Assembly (NCBI GenBank): GCA_016193465.1
Contig: JACPSE010000006.1
Location: forward strand, 13,684-77,683
DNA from: Deltaproteobacteria bacterium
GTDB taxonomy: Bacteria; Desulfobacterota; Binatia; UBA9968
Direction of reading: 5' to 3'
Length of the DNA stretch: 64,000 bases
Shown: piece by piece, positions 1-8,595 of the stretch
Position numbering within the stretch: the first letter of the stretch is position 1
Layout of the letters: each line of letters opens with the position of its first letter
Translations under genes and position numbers: made by a program
Notes under the pieces: generated by a model
Seen by the model: the letters and a program-made list of their open reading frames with translations, nothing else
Databases searched by the model: none
What the model was told of the DNA's origin: nothing

Positions 1-358
1 TCACCAGGTTGCGCTTGATCAGCTGGTGCATGTTGAGGAGGCTGACGCCTATCACGTCGACGAGGTGTTGTCCCGCCCGCGCCTCGGTCAGGATCCTGGA
101 CGTGATCCTCTCGCTGCCCCCGGGCCGGACGAGCGCAACGTCGATGAAAGGATATTTCAGCCTGAAGCGATCCACTATCTGGGAATGGTCGGGCACGGCC
201 AGGACGGAATATATGGCCAGCTTACCCTCCTTGCGCGCTCCTTCCAGTATTGGCTTCCGATCAGTGGTTTGCGAAGGGCTGGCAGAAGGATTCAAGAGCG
301 TGACGGCAAGCAAAGCCGCAAAACACCCAACGCCTCTTCTGACATCTCTCATACGCAT
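1..358 (-). CDS. ABC transporter extracellular solute-binding protein (Fe3+/thiamine-like class), N-terminal part; runs off the left edge of the window
   Basis: Absent from the ORF track. Manual reverse translation from ATG 358 gives MRMRDVRRGVGCFAALLAVTLL...ILEGARKEGKLAIYS...FRLKYPFIDV...SERITSRILTEARAGQHLVDV, with a signal peptide and the same motifs as the SBPs at 24837 and 47100. Confidence 0.88.
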   Translation of the reverse strand, partial: MRMRDVRRGVGCFAALLAVTLLNPSASPSQTTDRKPILEGARKEGKLAIYSVLAVPDHSQIVDRFRLKYPFIDVALVRPGGSERITSRILTEARAGQHLVDVIGVSLLNMHQLIKRNLV

Positions 359-546
359 GACACCCCCTAGCGCCGTTGTTCTCGTGGAGCCGAGCTTGGA
401 GAAGGCGGGCCAACCGGCCCCTCGCTTATTGAGCCGGACACTATCCGATAACTAGGGATTACGTCAACTTGCCGTTTAAAGGTCCGGCTTGCTAGCTATT
501 TCCCTTAGGGCTTTTTCTCCAACAGACGCTTTGCTATAGTCCGCTC

Positions 547-723
547 ATGTCTTCGATCCTCGTCAAGAATATAGGCGCCCTGGTCACCGGAGATTTAAAA
601 AACCCGCTGCGCAGTGCCGACTCGATCTATGTCGAAGACGGCATCATCAGGGTCATCGGCAACGGACTTAGCCGCCGGGCACTCAAGATTCTCCCCGATG
701 ACCTTCCGCTGGCCTGCCTTTGA
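547..723 (+). pseudogene. N-terminal fragment of an enamidase-like metal-dependent amidohydrolase
   Basis: MSSILVKNIGALVTGDLKNPLRSADSIYVEDGIIRVIG matches the N-terminal beta-sandwich start of enamidase-type amidohydrolases. The frame then diverges and stops (TGA 721-723) after 58 codons, before the HxH metal motif. Confidence 0.7.
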
Positions 724-1032
724 GATCCCAAAGAGCGCAGCAGAAGGGACCGACTGGCCCTTATCCCCAATTTGGATCGGACAGTATCTAAGAATGACGC
801 GTTATGTGAACTCCAACACGGTCCCTAGGTAGGGATTGCCAAGGAACATAGATAGCGGCTTGGCCTCCTCTTGAAAAAAGGCCGTTAATACGTATTCTTT
901 GACATCAAACACGTGTACCGGAAAGGGGCGCGGAAGAGATGAAGGCTAAATTGACACTGATCAAATCACCGTTGACACCTACGGACATTTAGTCCCCGGC
1001 GGAAACCGAAGGACACTTAACCGTTTAGACGA

Positions 1033-1051
1033 TGGAAACAAAGTGGAAACA
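1033..1051. repeat. Direct repeat TGGAAACA-aag-TGGAAACA downstream of the tRNA 3' end; possible integrase arm-type site
   Basis: Seen directly, about 60 bp beyond the tRNA CCA end. Function is inferred. Confidence 0.4.
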
Positions 1052-1111
1052 TTTGAGGATATTTTGGCCCATGCGGCGCATAGGAGAGAAGTGTAAGTGG
1101 TTGGAAAAGAC

Positions 1112-1187
<76 letters not shown>

Positions 1188-1493
1188 TCAATGAGGACTA
1201 AACATATTGACAAGCATGGCCACGATGAAAGAGCCGATATAGGCGGCCAGCAAATCAAACAAAAGGCGAAACTGGGACACCTCGTCGAGGATCTCCTTCA
1301 AGCCGAAGTAGAGGATGGCGAACTGGCCCAGGAAGACTCCTAACGCCCCGACGATGAAGAAAACCGCCGGGTTGGTTTTTTTCGCCAGGGACACCGATTT
1401 CATCCCTGCAAAACCGGCAAGCGCAGCGATTACAATGCTCAGCAGCAGATTGTCCTGTAAATATTTGAGCGCTTCCTGTGCAACCTCTTTCAT
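1188..1493 (-). CDS. Small hypothetical membrane protein (about 3 TM helices)
   Basis: 101 aa ORF with three hydrophobic segments, starting 4 bp after the thiE stop. Confidence 0.8.
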   Translation of the reverse strand: MKEVAQEALKYLQDNLLLSIVIAALAGFAGMKSVSLAKKTNPAVFFIVGALGVFLGQFAILYFGLKEILDEVSQFRLLFDLLAAYIGSFIVAMLVNMFSPH

Positions 1494-1497
1494 AGCA

Positions 1498-2130
1498 TTA
1501 TCCTTTCAGGACCGCGAGGATATCTCGCGTGGCCGCGAGCGGATCCGCAGCGCTCAAAACCGCTGAGATCAGGGCGACGCCACGGACACCGGTCTCCTTC
1601 ACTTTGGCTATGTTTTCTACCTTAATCCCTCCGATAGCATAAACGGGAAGGGAAATTTTTTCCACCACTTCCTTTAGCAGACCGAGCCCCTGGGGTTTTC
1701 CGTAGAGCGCTTTGGAAGGAGTGTAATACACCGGCCCGAAAAGGATAAAGTCCGCCCCTGCCTGCTCCGCTTCTTTTGCCTCTCCCACGGAATGAGTGGA
1801 AACCCCGATCAGTTTTTTCTCTCCGACAAGTTCCCTCGCAGCCCCGACAGGCATGGAGGCAGTTCCCAGTTGCACGCCATCGGCATCGACTCCGAGAGCG
1901 ACATCGATCCGGTCATTGACAAAGAGGCTTGCCTGGTAGCGTTCGCACAGTCTCCTCACCTTCTCTGCTAAAAGAAACAGCTCCCTTCCGCCTAGATCCT
2001 TCTCTCTTAGCTGAACCGCCCTCACCCCTCCTTCCAACGCCTGCTCGATAACCCAGACGAGATCTCTTCCCCCGGTCTGGCTGCGGTCCGTAACGAGGTA
2101 GAGATCGAACTTGGGGAAGCGCGATGACAA
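1498..2130 (-). CDS. thiE: Thiamine-phosphate synthase
   Basis: LYLVTD, VQLREK, NDRIDVA, DGVQLG, GVSTHS, GPVYYTPSK and AIGGI motifs. Likely TTG start at 2130, just after the thiG stop (ORF track extends it to 2178). Confidence 0.96.
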   Translation of the reverse strand: MSSRFPKFDLYLVTDRSQTGGRDLVWVIEQALEGGVRAVQLREKDLGGRELFLLAEKVRRLCERYQASLFVNDRIDVALGVDADGVQLGTASMPVGAARELVGEKKLIGVSTHSVGEAKEAEQAGADFILFGPVYYTPSKALYGKPQGLGLLKEVVEKISLPVYAIGGIKVENIAKVKETGVRGVALISAVLSAADPLAATRDILAVLKG

Positions 2131-2137
2131 GGGGCCC

Positions 2138-2911
2138 TTAACCCGGAATGCCATCCAGAGGGCTGGAGGCAGCGGCATAGAGTCTTTTCGCGACGCGCCC
2201 GGCCAGGAAGGCCTTTCTCCCCGCCTCTACGGCGAGCTTCATAGCCTCCGCCATCAAGACCGGATCCCTGGCGCCCGCGATAGCCGTGTTCATCAGCACC
2301 CCGTCGCAACCCATCTCCATAGCTATCGAGGCGTCCGAGGCGGTCCCCACGCCGGCATCCACAATCACAGGGACCTTGGCCTGCTCCAAGATGATGCGGA
2401 TGTTGTAGGGATTGCGAATGCCAAGACCTGAGCCGATGGGCGCGGCCAGTGGCATGACGGCAGCGCAGCCCATCCCCTCAAGCTTTTTTGCCGTCACAGG
2501 ATCGTCGTTAACATAGGGCAAAACAACAAATCCCTCCTTAATCAGCAGCCGGGCCGCCTCAAGCGTGGCCGGAATATCCGGGAAGAGAGTTCTCTCGTCG
2601 CCAATCACTTCCAGCTTGACCATCTTGCCCGCACCCGCCTCGCGGGCCAGACGACAGGTCCGGACAGCCTCATCCGCCGTGTAGCAACCCGCAGTGTTCG
2701 GCAGAATGGTATACCTTTTAGGATCCAAATAGTCGAGGAGATTTTCCTTCCTGGGGTCTGTAATGTTGACCCGGCGCACGGCCACGGTGACGATCTCCGC
2801 TCCGGAGGCTTCGATGGCCCTCTGGGTCTCGCGGAAGTCCTTGTATTTTCCGGTTCCCACAATGAGACGCGACTGGTAGCTCTTATCGGCAAGCTTAAAT
2901 AGGTCTTCCAT
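2138..2911 (-). CDS. thiG: Thiazole synthase
   Basis: [37 protein letters not shown] and [10 protein letters not shown] motifs. Confidence 0.98.
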   Translation of the reverse strand: MEDLFKLADKSYQSRLIVGTGKYKDFRETQRAIEASGAEIVTVAVRRVNITDPRKENLLDYLDPKRYTILPNTAGCYTADEAVRTCRLAREAGAGKMVKLEVIGDERTLFPDIPATLEAARLLIKEGFVVLPYVNDDPVTAKKLEGMGCAAVMPLAAPIGSGLGIRNPYNIRIILEQAKVPVIVDAGVGTASDASIAMEMGCDGVLMNTAIAGARDPVLMAEAMKLAVEAGRKAFLAGRVAKRLYAAASSPLDGIPG

Positions 2912-2944
2912 TTTTCACCTGAGATCAGGGTTTTAAAACCCTTA

Positions 2945-3145
2945 TTATCCGCCACCGACGAAGTGAACGATCTCGATGGCATCCCCCTCTTTTAAAAAGG
3001 TTGTACCGTGAGCTTCGCGGGAGATAACGCCGCGATTGAGCTCCACGACCACCCTGCCAGGACGAATCCCCAACTCTCTGAGGAGCTGCTCCACGGTGAG
3101 TTCCGGCAGAACCTCTCTATTCTCTCCGTTGATTTGAATGACCAC
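2945..3145 (-). CDS. thiS: Sulfur carrier protein ThiS
   Basis: 66 aa ubiquitin-like protein ending IVHFVGGG, upstream of thiG. Confidence 0.97.
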   Translation of the reverse strand: MVIQINGENREVLPELTVEQLLRELGIRPGRVVVELNRGVISREAHGTTFLKEGDAIEIVHFVGGG

Positions 3146-3151
3146 CTAATG

Positions 3152-3202
3152 AAAAAACCGTATCCGGCATGACCACATGAGAGTGGCCAGGGAATACGGT
3201 TT
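3152..3202 (-). terminator. Intrinsic terminator hairpin (riboswitch expression platform) upstream of thiS
   Basis: Minus strand AAACCGTATTCC...CCGGATACGGTTT followed by a T run, between the TPP aptamer and the thiS start. Confidence 0.7.
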
Positions 3203-3249
3203 AAGTTCGCCCCTTTTCTGATCTAGCTAAGAGAGGGGACAGTGACTCT

Positions 3250-3350
3250 CACGCTTCCCTACGCCGGCACTATCCGGATCAGGTTCAAAGGGTTACCCAA
3301 ACAGTTCTCACGTTGGGCTCTCAGTCCGCCGATGGCGGACACCCCTAGCA
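3250..3350 (-). promoter_or_regulatory. TPP riboswitch
   Basis: Minus strand AGGGGTGTCCGCC...GGCGGACTGAGA...CCCTTTGAACCTGATCCGGATAGTGCCGGCGTAGGGAAG contains the conserved GGGG-G...CTGAGA and CCC-TTGAACCTGATC...GCGTAGGGAA elements, upstream of thiSGE. Confidence 0.95.
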
Positions 3351-3429
3351 TCAAGCAACAACTAGCAGATGGGGAGGGGCAAGTCAAACCGCATCGTGAT
3401 CGTGCTCGCCCACGAACACGAACAACGGC

Positions 3430-4275
3430 TTAAAACTCCACGGCGACGCTGGCGTAACCGACCACTTCTCTCATCGGCACCACGTCGCCGGAATGGCAGT
3501 GCTTCAACAGCCGTGCCTGCTTCGCTCCCAGGGCGTTTGCGGCAAAGAGGAATACGGCCGTAGGGATAACTCCGCACATGCTAATGTCCTCTTCCTCCAC
3601 GGTCTTGAGCAGGCCGACCGGATCGAGAGCGAGGACACGCTCCAATGCCATCCGGTCAAGCCTCTCTGTCTCCTTGGGCGAGAGATAATGGCTCAAGTCG
3701 CTGCTGGCAATTAAGATGATCCTGTTGCCCGCGGGATTCCGCGCTTCGTAGAGGCGCGCTATCGCCTGGCCGAGCTCTCTACACTGCTCCTCAGAGAGAT
3801 AAGAAAGGGATATGGGCAAGAAGGTAAACGCTTCCAGGACGCTCTGGAGAAAAGGAAGCTGGACCTCGATGCTGTGCTCCTGCAAATGGGGCCGGTCGTC
3901 CTTCTCCAGAAAACTGACCTCGGCCGCCAACAGTTCCCTTAGCTCCAGATCCATTGCCACTTTGCCGAGCGGCGTCTCCCAGCAGTCGGCCGGACTCAGC
4001 GCAGCCTTCGCGCCCATTGCCCGATGATTCACTCCAAGAAGAATGACGCGTCCGACATTTTCGGCGAGACTGGAATAAAAATGCGCGGCGCAGGGGCCAG
4101 AGTAGACATAACCGGCATGGGGAACCATTCCGCCCAAAAACGACGGCGAGATGGCCTTCACGCCGCGAGGGCCCAGAGGGCTAGTGACAAAGCAATCCTC
4201 CAACAGCCTTGCCAGCTCTTTGGTCTCTGCGGGGTAGAAGGAGCCCGCTACCGCGGGAGGCCTGACACGCTCCAT
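3430..4275 (-). CDS. amrB: AmmeMemoRadiSam system protein B (MEMO1 family)
   Basis: RPPAVAGSFYP, PHAGYVYSG, EHSIEVQLPFLQ, SSDLSHY and MCG motifs. Confidence 0.95.
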   Translation of the reverse strand: MERVRPPAVAGSFYPAETKELARLLEDCFVTSPLGPRGVKAISPSFLGGMVPHAGYVYSGPCAAHFYSSLAENVGRVILLGVNHRAMGAKAALSPADCWETPLGKVAMDLELRELLAAEVSFLEKDDRPHLQEHSIEVQLPFLQSVLEAFTFLPISLSYLSEEQCRELGQAIARLYEARNPAGNRIILIASSDLSHYLSPKETERLDRMALERVLALDPVGLLKTVEEEDISMCGVIPTAVFLFAANALGAKQARLLKHCHSGDVVPMREVVGYASVAVEF

Positions 4276-4283
4276 AATTTAAA

Positions 4284-4356
4284 AGTTATTAGTTTTAATT
4301 TTTTAATTTTCAGTCGAAATTAACTCAAAACTCAGAACTCAAAACTAAAAACTGAC
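4284..4356. repeat. Intergenic 7-bp-period inverted repeat element (AACTCAA/AACTCAG units)
   Basis: AGTTATTAGTTTTAATTTTTTAATTTTCAGT...AACTCAAAACTCAGAACTCAAAACTAAAAACTGACT. Shares AGTTTTGAGTTCTGAG (reverse complement) with 13781-13805. Confidence 0.75.
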
Positions 4357-4357
4357 T

Positions 4358-5302
4358 TTAAGGGGCGGCGATTTCTACCTGGAGGACACCGATGCCCTCT
4401 ACCTCTCCTTCCACCTTATCTCCCGGTTTCAAGAAAAATGGCGGCACGCGGGCAAAGCCCACGCCCGAGGGGGTCCCGGTGCTGACGATCTCACCCGGCT
4501 CGATGGTCATGCCTTGGGAGAGCGCTTCAATGGTGGTGGGGATGTCGAAGATCATGTCGCCGGTATTGCCGTCTTGCATGACCTCCCCGTTCACCCGGCA
4601 CACGAGCCTCAGTTGGTGGGGGTTCGGCAGGGCGCTCTTATGTACGATCCACGGTCCCAGCGGGCAGAAGGTGTCGAGCGACTTTCCCTTGAACCACTGG
4701 CCGTGCTTGCGTTGGAGGTCGCGGGCGGTCATGTCAAGACAAATCGTGTAGCCAAAGATGTGATTATAAGCCTTTTCTTGGGGGATGTCCCTCCCCCTCT
4801 TGCCGATAATCACCGCCAGCTCAATCTCGAAGTCGAGCTTTTCAGTGGCCTTGTGGTGAACCACTTTTCCCAGGTGGCCGATGACAGACGTTGCCGGCTT
4901 GGTGAAGAAAACCGGCGCCTCGGGATACTTGAACTCGATGGAGCGAGCCCTGGCCCCCTCCTCGATATGTTCCCTGTAGTTGACTCCCAGAAGAGTGACA
5001 TTTTTCCTCGGCCAGGGGATCGGAGCAAGGATTTTGACCTGGCTGAGTTTCCACAGAGCCCCGGCGCGATGGAGCCTCCGTAACCCTTCGGCGTCCTGCC
5101 TGGCCACATACTTGGCTGCTTTTTTGGCCACGCTGAGGGCCTTGCCTCCTCCCTCAACGAAGGCCTGCATACTCCTAAGGTAGGCCGGAGAGCCCCTTTT
5201 AAGATAGCGTTTATTAATCTCGGCGAGATCGATGACCTGATCCTCCCGGCCTATGAGACCTACCCGGGGTTGACCCTTCCGCGCAAAAGTTACGAACCGC
5301 AT
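4358..5302 (-). CDS. Fumarylacetoacetate hydrolase family protein
   Basis: GVNYREH, PVFFTKP, DFEIELAVIIG, DMTARDLQ, WFKGKSLDTFCPLGP and TGTPSGVG motifs. Confidence 0.95.
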   Translation of the reverse strand: MRFVTFARKGQPRVGLIGREDQVIDLAEINKRYLKRGSPAYLRSMQAFVEGGGKALSVAKKAAKYVARQDAEGLRRLHRAGALWKLSQVKILAPIPWPRKNVTLLGVNYREHIEEGARARSIEFKYPEAPVFFTKPATSVIGHLGKVVHHKATEKLDFEIELAVIIGKRGRDIPQEKAYNHIFGYTICLDMTARDLQRKHGQWFKGKSLDTFCPLGPWIVHKSALPNPHQLRLVCRVNGEVMQDGNTGDMIFDIPTTIEALSQGMTIEPGEIVSTGTPSGVGFARVPPFFLKPGDKVEGEVEGIGVLQVEIAAP

Positions 5303-5317
5303 TCTTTCCTCCTTGTT

Positions 5318-5430
5318 TTAAATGCCGATGGACAGAAGCGAGGCAGCGTTCCCGCCGGCGATCTTTTCTTTATCCCTGGCATCGATCCTTAAATTGCTGA
5401 CAGTCGTCCAGGGCTCCGGATCGCCCATAA
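5318..5430 (-). pseudogene. C-terminal remnant of an Amidohydro_2 (ACMSD-like) gene
   Basis: MGDPEPWTTVSNLRIDARDKEKIAGGNAASLL matches the typical C-terminus (MGD...D..KI.GGNA..LL). It lies directly upstream of the FAH RBS and the rest of the gene is absent. Confidence 0.65.
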
Positions 5431-5618
5431 TGCCAATTTTCATCGCTATCTTCGATCCGTTCGGGCGAAGGGGAGATTCATCACCTATAAGAAAGGGGAT
5501 GATGGTTGTCAAGGAGGGCAAGAAAGAAGTTCTTAAAGGCGTTTAAAAAGAATTTGCACGCCGGGCTCGGCGATGTTAACTTTTCCCTATGAAGGAGAAA
5601 AAGGAAGGCCGGGCTGCC

Positions 5619-5816
5619 ATGCAGGTGGGGGACCGCATCTTGGTCAACAAAGGGATCTCCAAGAAGGTATTGATAGTGGCAAGAGTGGACATCCCACATT
5701 CGACGGAAAGGGCGTTCGCCACAAAATCAGGAGGGGATTTCACTATCGGCATAAAGGTCTGGAAATCCGATTATGTTTGGAATGAGAAGAGCCAAATGTG
5801 GGTGCCGAAAAACTAG
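5619..5816 (+). CDS. Small hypothetical protein (SH3/KOW-like beta-barrel start MQVGDRILV)
   Basis: AAGGAAGG RBS upstream of ATG 5619, no overlap with other genes, beta-strand-like pattern. Confidence 0.6.
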   Translation: MQVGDRILVNKGISKKVLIVARVDIPHSTERAFATKSGGDFTIGIKVWKSDYVWNEKSQMWVPKN

Positions 5817-5891
5817 CCATCAGCGATCAGCTGTCGGCTTTCAGCTTGAAGCCTCGATTTCGGGTTTTTCTGGGAGCTGATTGCTGAAAGC
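5814..5891. repeat. Intergenic 7-bp-period inverted repeat element (TCAGC units)
   Basis: TAGCCATCAGCGATCAGCTGTCGGCTTTCAGC...GCTGATTGCTGAAAGC. Similar units occur at 55125-55142. Confidence 0.65.
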
Positions 5892-5908
5892 TTCCGAGCT
5901 AAATAACG

Positions 5909-7261
5909 ATGAAGCGAAATCTGGAAGCCGTCCTTGCCGAGATCCGTAAGGGGAAAGGGCCTTGGTTGCTGCTCCTCCACGGCGACGACTACCAGGTACA
6001 CTCGGCCGGCAAGGTGATCCTCGATCTGCTCGTGCCGCCTGAAAAACGCGACTTTAACCTCGAGCGGTTTGACGGGCGCAACGTCCCCTGGGACGAGATC
6101 GAGTCCGCTTTGATGACCCCGCCCTTTCTTCCCGGCACAAAAGCCGTTTTCGTGGATAACGCACCCTATTTCCTCTCGCGCGAGCACAAAGGAGAGTTGA
6201 GTGCCAGGGTGCTCCAGCTCTGGGGCGAGGGGAAAAAGGAGGAGGGAGCAAGGCTCTTTTTAGATCTTCTCATCTTGGAGGGATGGACGAAAGAACGCTG
6301 GGAGAGGCTCCAGGAGCCATCCTCTGCGACCGGGCTCGCCGAACTATTTGGCGCAGATAAGCGGGAAGTATGGGAGGAGGTAGAGGGGCTTTTGGCCTTT
6401 TGCCGCAGCAGCGGGATGAACCTTAGCCAGCGCAGGGGAAGCGAGGGGCAGAGACTCATGCAGCTTTTAGAGCAGGGGCTGCCTTCCTGGGGTGCCCTCT
6501 TGATGACCGCCTCCCACGTGGATCGCAGGACCCGCCTTTATAAGCTCTTTGAGGAGAGGGGATCGGTGCTGGACCTTGCTCTAGAAAGGGAGCGAAGCGG
6601 CAGGATTAGCCGGGAGATCCTATCAGAGTTCCTCGACCGACGTCTAAAAGAGGCAGGAAAGAAGATCGAGGCTCAAGCGCGAGAGATGATCCTGGCGCGG
6701 GCCGGCGGGGAACTGTGGGCTGTCCACCAGGAGTTGGAAAAGCTGCTCCTCTATGTGGGCGAGGAGCCGTGGATCAAAGCGCAAGATGTGGAGGAGACCC
6801 TTTCGGACCAGGGAGAGGGATGGGTCTTTGATCTCACCAAGGCGCTGGCGGCGCGGGACTCGGTGGCGGCTCTCGGCCATCTGGCGCGCCTGTTGTCCCA
6901 AGGCCATCACCCGTTGGCGCTTGTGGCACCGGTCGCGAGCGAGGTGCGCCGGCTCATGGCAGCGCGTCAACTCATGGAGGGAGAGCTTCGCGAGAGATGG
7001 AAAGCTGGCATGAGCTATCCGCAATTTCAGCAGGGCATGCTCCACGACGGGGCGGCGCCGCTGCCAGGAAATCCCTATTTCGTCTACATGAGCTTCAAGA
7101 GCGCGGAGAACTTCACGCTAAAGGAGCTGGTGCGCTACCTGGACCTCCTCTATCAAACCGACATACGTCTCAAATCGAGCGGCCAGCCACCGCGCCTGGT
7201 GATGGAGCGACTGATCCTGGAGATGTGCCGACCCCTTGGGGCAATGCAAAATGAAAATTGA
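5909..7261 (+). CDS. holA: DNA polymerase III subunit delta
   Basis: LLHGDD...DFNLERFDG...PFL...ELEKLLLY...WVFDL...HPL and C-terminal LERLILEMC architecture. Confidence 0.9.
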   Translation: MKRNLEAVLAEIRKGKGPWLLLLHGDDYQVHSAGKVILDLLVPPEKRDFNLERFDGRNVPWDEIESALMTPPFLPGTKAVFVDNAPYFLSREHKGELSARVLQLWGEGKKEEGARLFLDLLILEGWTKERWERLQEPSSATGLAELFGADKREVWEEVEGLLAFCRSSGMNLSQRRGSEGQRLMQLLEQGLPSWGALLMTASHVDRRTRLYKLFEERGSVLDLALERERSGRISREILSEFLDRRLKEAGKKIEAQAREMILARAGGELWAVHQELEKLLLYVGEEPWIKAQDVEETLSDQGEGWVFDLTKALAARDSVAALGHLARLLSQGHHPLALVAPVASEVRRLMAARQLMEGELRERWKAGMSYPQFQQGMLHDGAAPLPGNPYFVYMSFKSAENFTLKELVRYLDLLYQTDIRLKSSGQPPRLVMERLILEMCRPLGAMQNEN

Positions 7262-7313
7262 AAAATGCAAAATTCCTTTTCTTTTTGCACTTTGCATTTG
7301 GCACTTTGCACTG
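7241..7313. repeat. 7-bp-period inverted repeat (AATGCAA / TTTGCAC units) spanning the holA stop and the PLD gene start
   Basis: GCAATGCAAAATGAAAATTGAAAAATGCAAAATT...TTTGCACTTTGCATTTGGCACTTTGCAC. Confidence 0.75.
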
Positions 7314-7805
7314 TTTTCTCTCGAGGGTTGGGCCGGAATGGCGGTTCAGACATGCTTCAGCCCCTTGGGAAAATGCTCCAACCACATAGCTCGAGAACTA
7401 GCCCAGGCGCAGAAGGAGATTCTGGTGGCGGTCTATGCTTTTACCAGCGACGATCTCGCGTGGGCGTTGTCCAAAGCGCGGCAACGAGGGGTGAAGGTAC
7501 AGGTGGTCTTGGATCAGGAATTCGACGCCGGCAACGGGAGTTCCAAGGGGACGTTCCTGAAACAACAAGGGATTTCAGTCCGGCGCGCCTCCGGCCTCAA
7601 TACCGGGAACCCTGAAAGGGGCCCCGGACTGATGCACCAGAAGTTCGCCGTCATTGACCGCAGGGTGGTCTTAACGGGATCCTACAACTGGACGGCGTCC
7701 GCGGACAACATCAACGACGAAAACCTGCTCATTTTTCGTGACGCCGGACCCCTGGCAGAGGATTACCGCAAGGAATTCTTTCGCCTGTGGGAGAAGAAAA
7801 AATGA
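7251..7805 (+). CDS. Secreted phospholipase D-family nuclease (Nuc-like, single HKD motif)
   Basis: CFSP, ILVAVYAFT, HQKFAVID, GSYNWT and NDENLL motifs, with an N-terminal signal-like segment. Confidence 0.9.
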   Translation: MKIEKCKIPFLFALCIWHFALFSLEGWAGMAVQTCFSPLGKCSNHIARELAQAQKEILVAVYAFTSDDLAWALSKARQRGVKVQVVLDQEFDAGNGSSKGTFLKQQGISVRRASGLNTGNPERGPGLMHQKFAVIDRRVVLTGSYNWTASADNINDENLLIFRDAGPLAEDYRKEFFRLWEKKK

Positions 7806-8278
7806 AACGGTTTTCCGCAGGGACAGTCTTAGTCGCCGCGGCATTCGTGGCCGGCCTTCTCTTCCAACTCCTCTATCAGCGCTGGAGCGCTCCTATTCCC
7901 CCTGGCCAGGGCTACCCGGTTACCTTCTCCCCTCTGCCGCCGCCCGCCGCGAGGTCGGTTGAAGTTCCGCTGGTAGAGGCAAGAGAGGTGGAAAAGATCA
8001 GGGGACTTGCCGGGAATCGAGCCCGGGTAAGGGGAAGGGTTTACCGCGTGGGCCACTCAGCCAAAAGCAATACCTATTTTTTGAATTTCGGTCCTTCCCG
8101 TTCTTCCTTCACGGGCGTTATCTTCGCCTCTGCGTTGGACTCGTTCGAGAAACAAAAGCTCGGTCCTCAGAGCTACGAGGGCAGAGAGGTGGAGCTTACG
8201 GGCGAGATCAGGGACCACCCAAAATACGGCGTGGAGATGATCCTCGAGGAGCCGTCACAGATTAAAGTCCTGGACTGA
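7802..8278 (+). CDS. Membrane-anchored OB-fold nucleic-acid-binding protein
   Basis: N-terminal TM, then VRGRV...YFLNFG...FTGVIF...GREVELTGEI...EMILEEPSQI, resembling the OB domain found after thermonuclease domains. ATGA overlap with the PLD gene. Confidence 0.75.
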   Translation: MKRFSAGTVLVAAAFVAGLLFQLLYQRWSAPIPPGQGYPVTFSPLPPPAARSVEVPLVEAREVEKIRGLAGNRARVRGRVYRVGHSAKSNTYFLNFGPSRSSFTGVIFASALDSFEKQKLGPQSYEGREVELTGEIRDHPKYGVEMILEEPSQIKVLD

Positions 8279-8334
8279 GACTTCCAGGGAAAAAAAGGAT
8301 TGGAAAATTATTTCTTTGGGGTAAAATAGCGTAC

Positions 8335-8523
8335 ATGGAGAAAGCGCCAAAAAAGTGCATGGTATGCGGCCAGCCCACGCCGCTCAAGGGCGGGATCTGC
8401 GAGCCGTGCCAGGAGCGGATACGCAGGGAGGCGATGGGGCAGCAAGCGGATGCGCGCAGCCAGGCGGAAAAAGAGCTAAGAAAGCACGGCGTGGTTCCGG
8501 ACCAGGGGAAGGAGCGTAAATAA
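8335..8523 (+). CDS. Small zinc-finger-like protein (CxxC...CxxC)
   Basis: 62 aa with CMVC and CEPC plus a helical tail; fills an otherwise empty interval. Confidence 0.7.
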   Translation: MEKAPKKCMVCGQPTPLKGGICEPCQERIRREAMGQQADARSQAEKELRKHGVVPDQGKERK

Positions 8524-8595
8524 CGAGCGGGAATTGCGTCCTTTCGACCAACAGACGGGGACAACGAGATGCCCGCCGTCCAGCATGGGAGAGAG

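Noticed and set aside
9-455. Plus-strand ORFs 9-455 and 26-370 from the track
   Set aside because: They are antisense shadows of a clear minus-strand solute-binding protein gene that the track missed because it runs off the window.
721-723. TGA as selenocysteine read-through
   Set aside because: Homology is already lost before the TGA, the position is not a Cys site, and no SECIS-like hairpin or continuing homologous frame is apparent.
760-960. Possible degenerate minus-strand reading frame downstream of the tRNA
   Set aside because: It is interrupted by stops and no family was recognisable by eye; it needs BLASTx.
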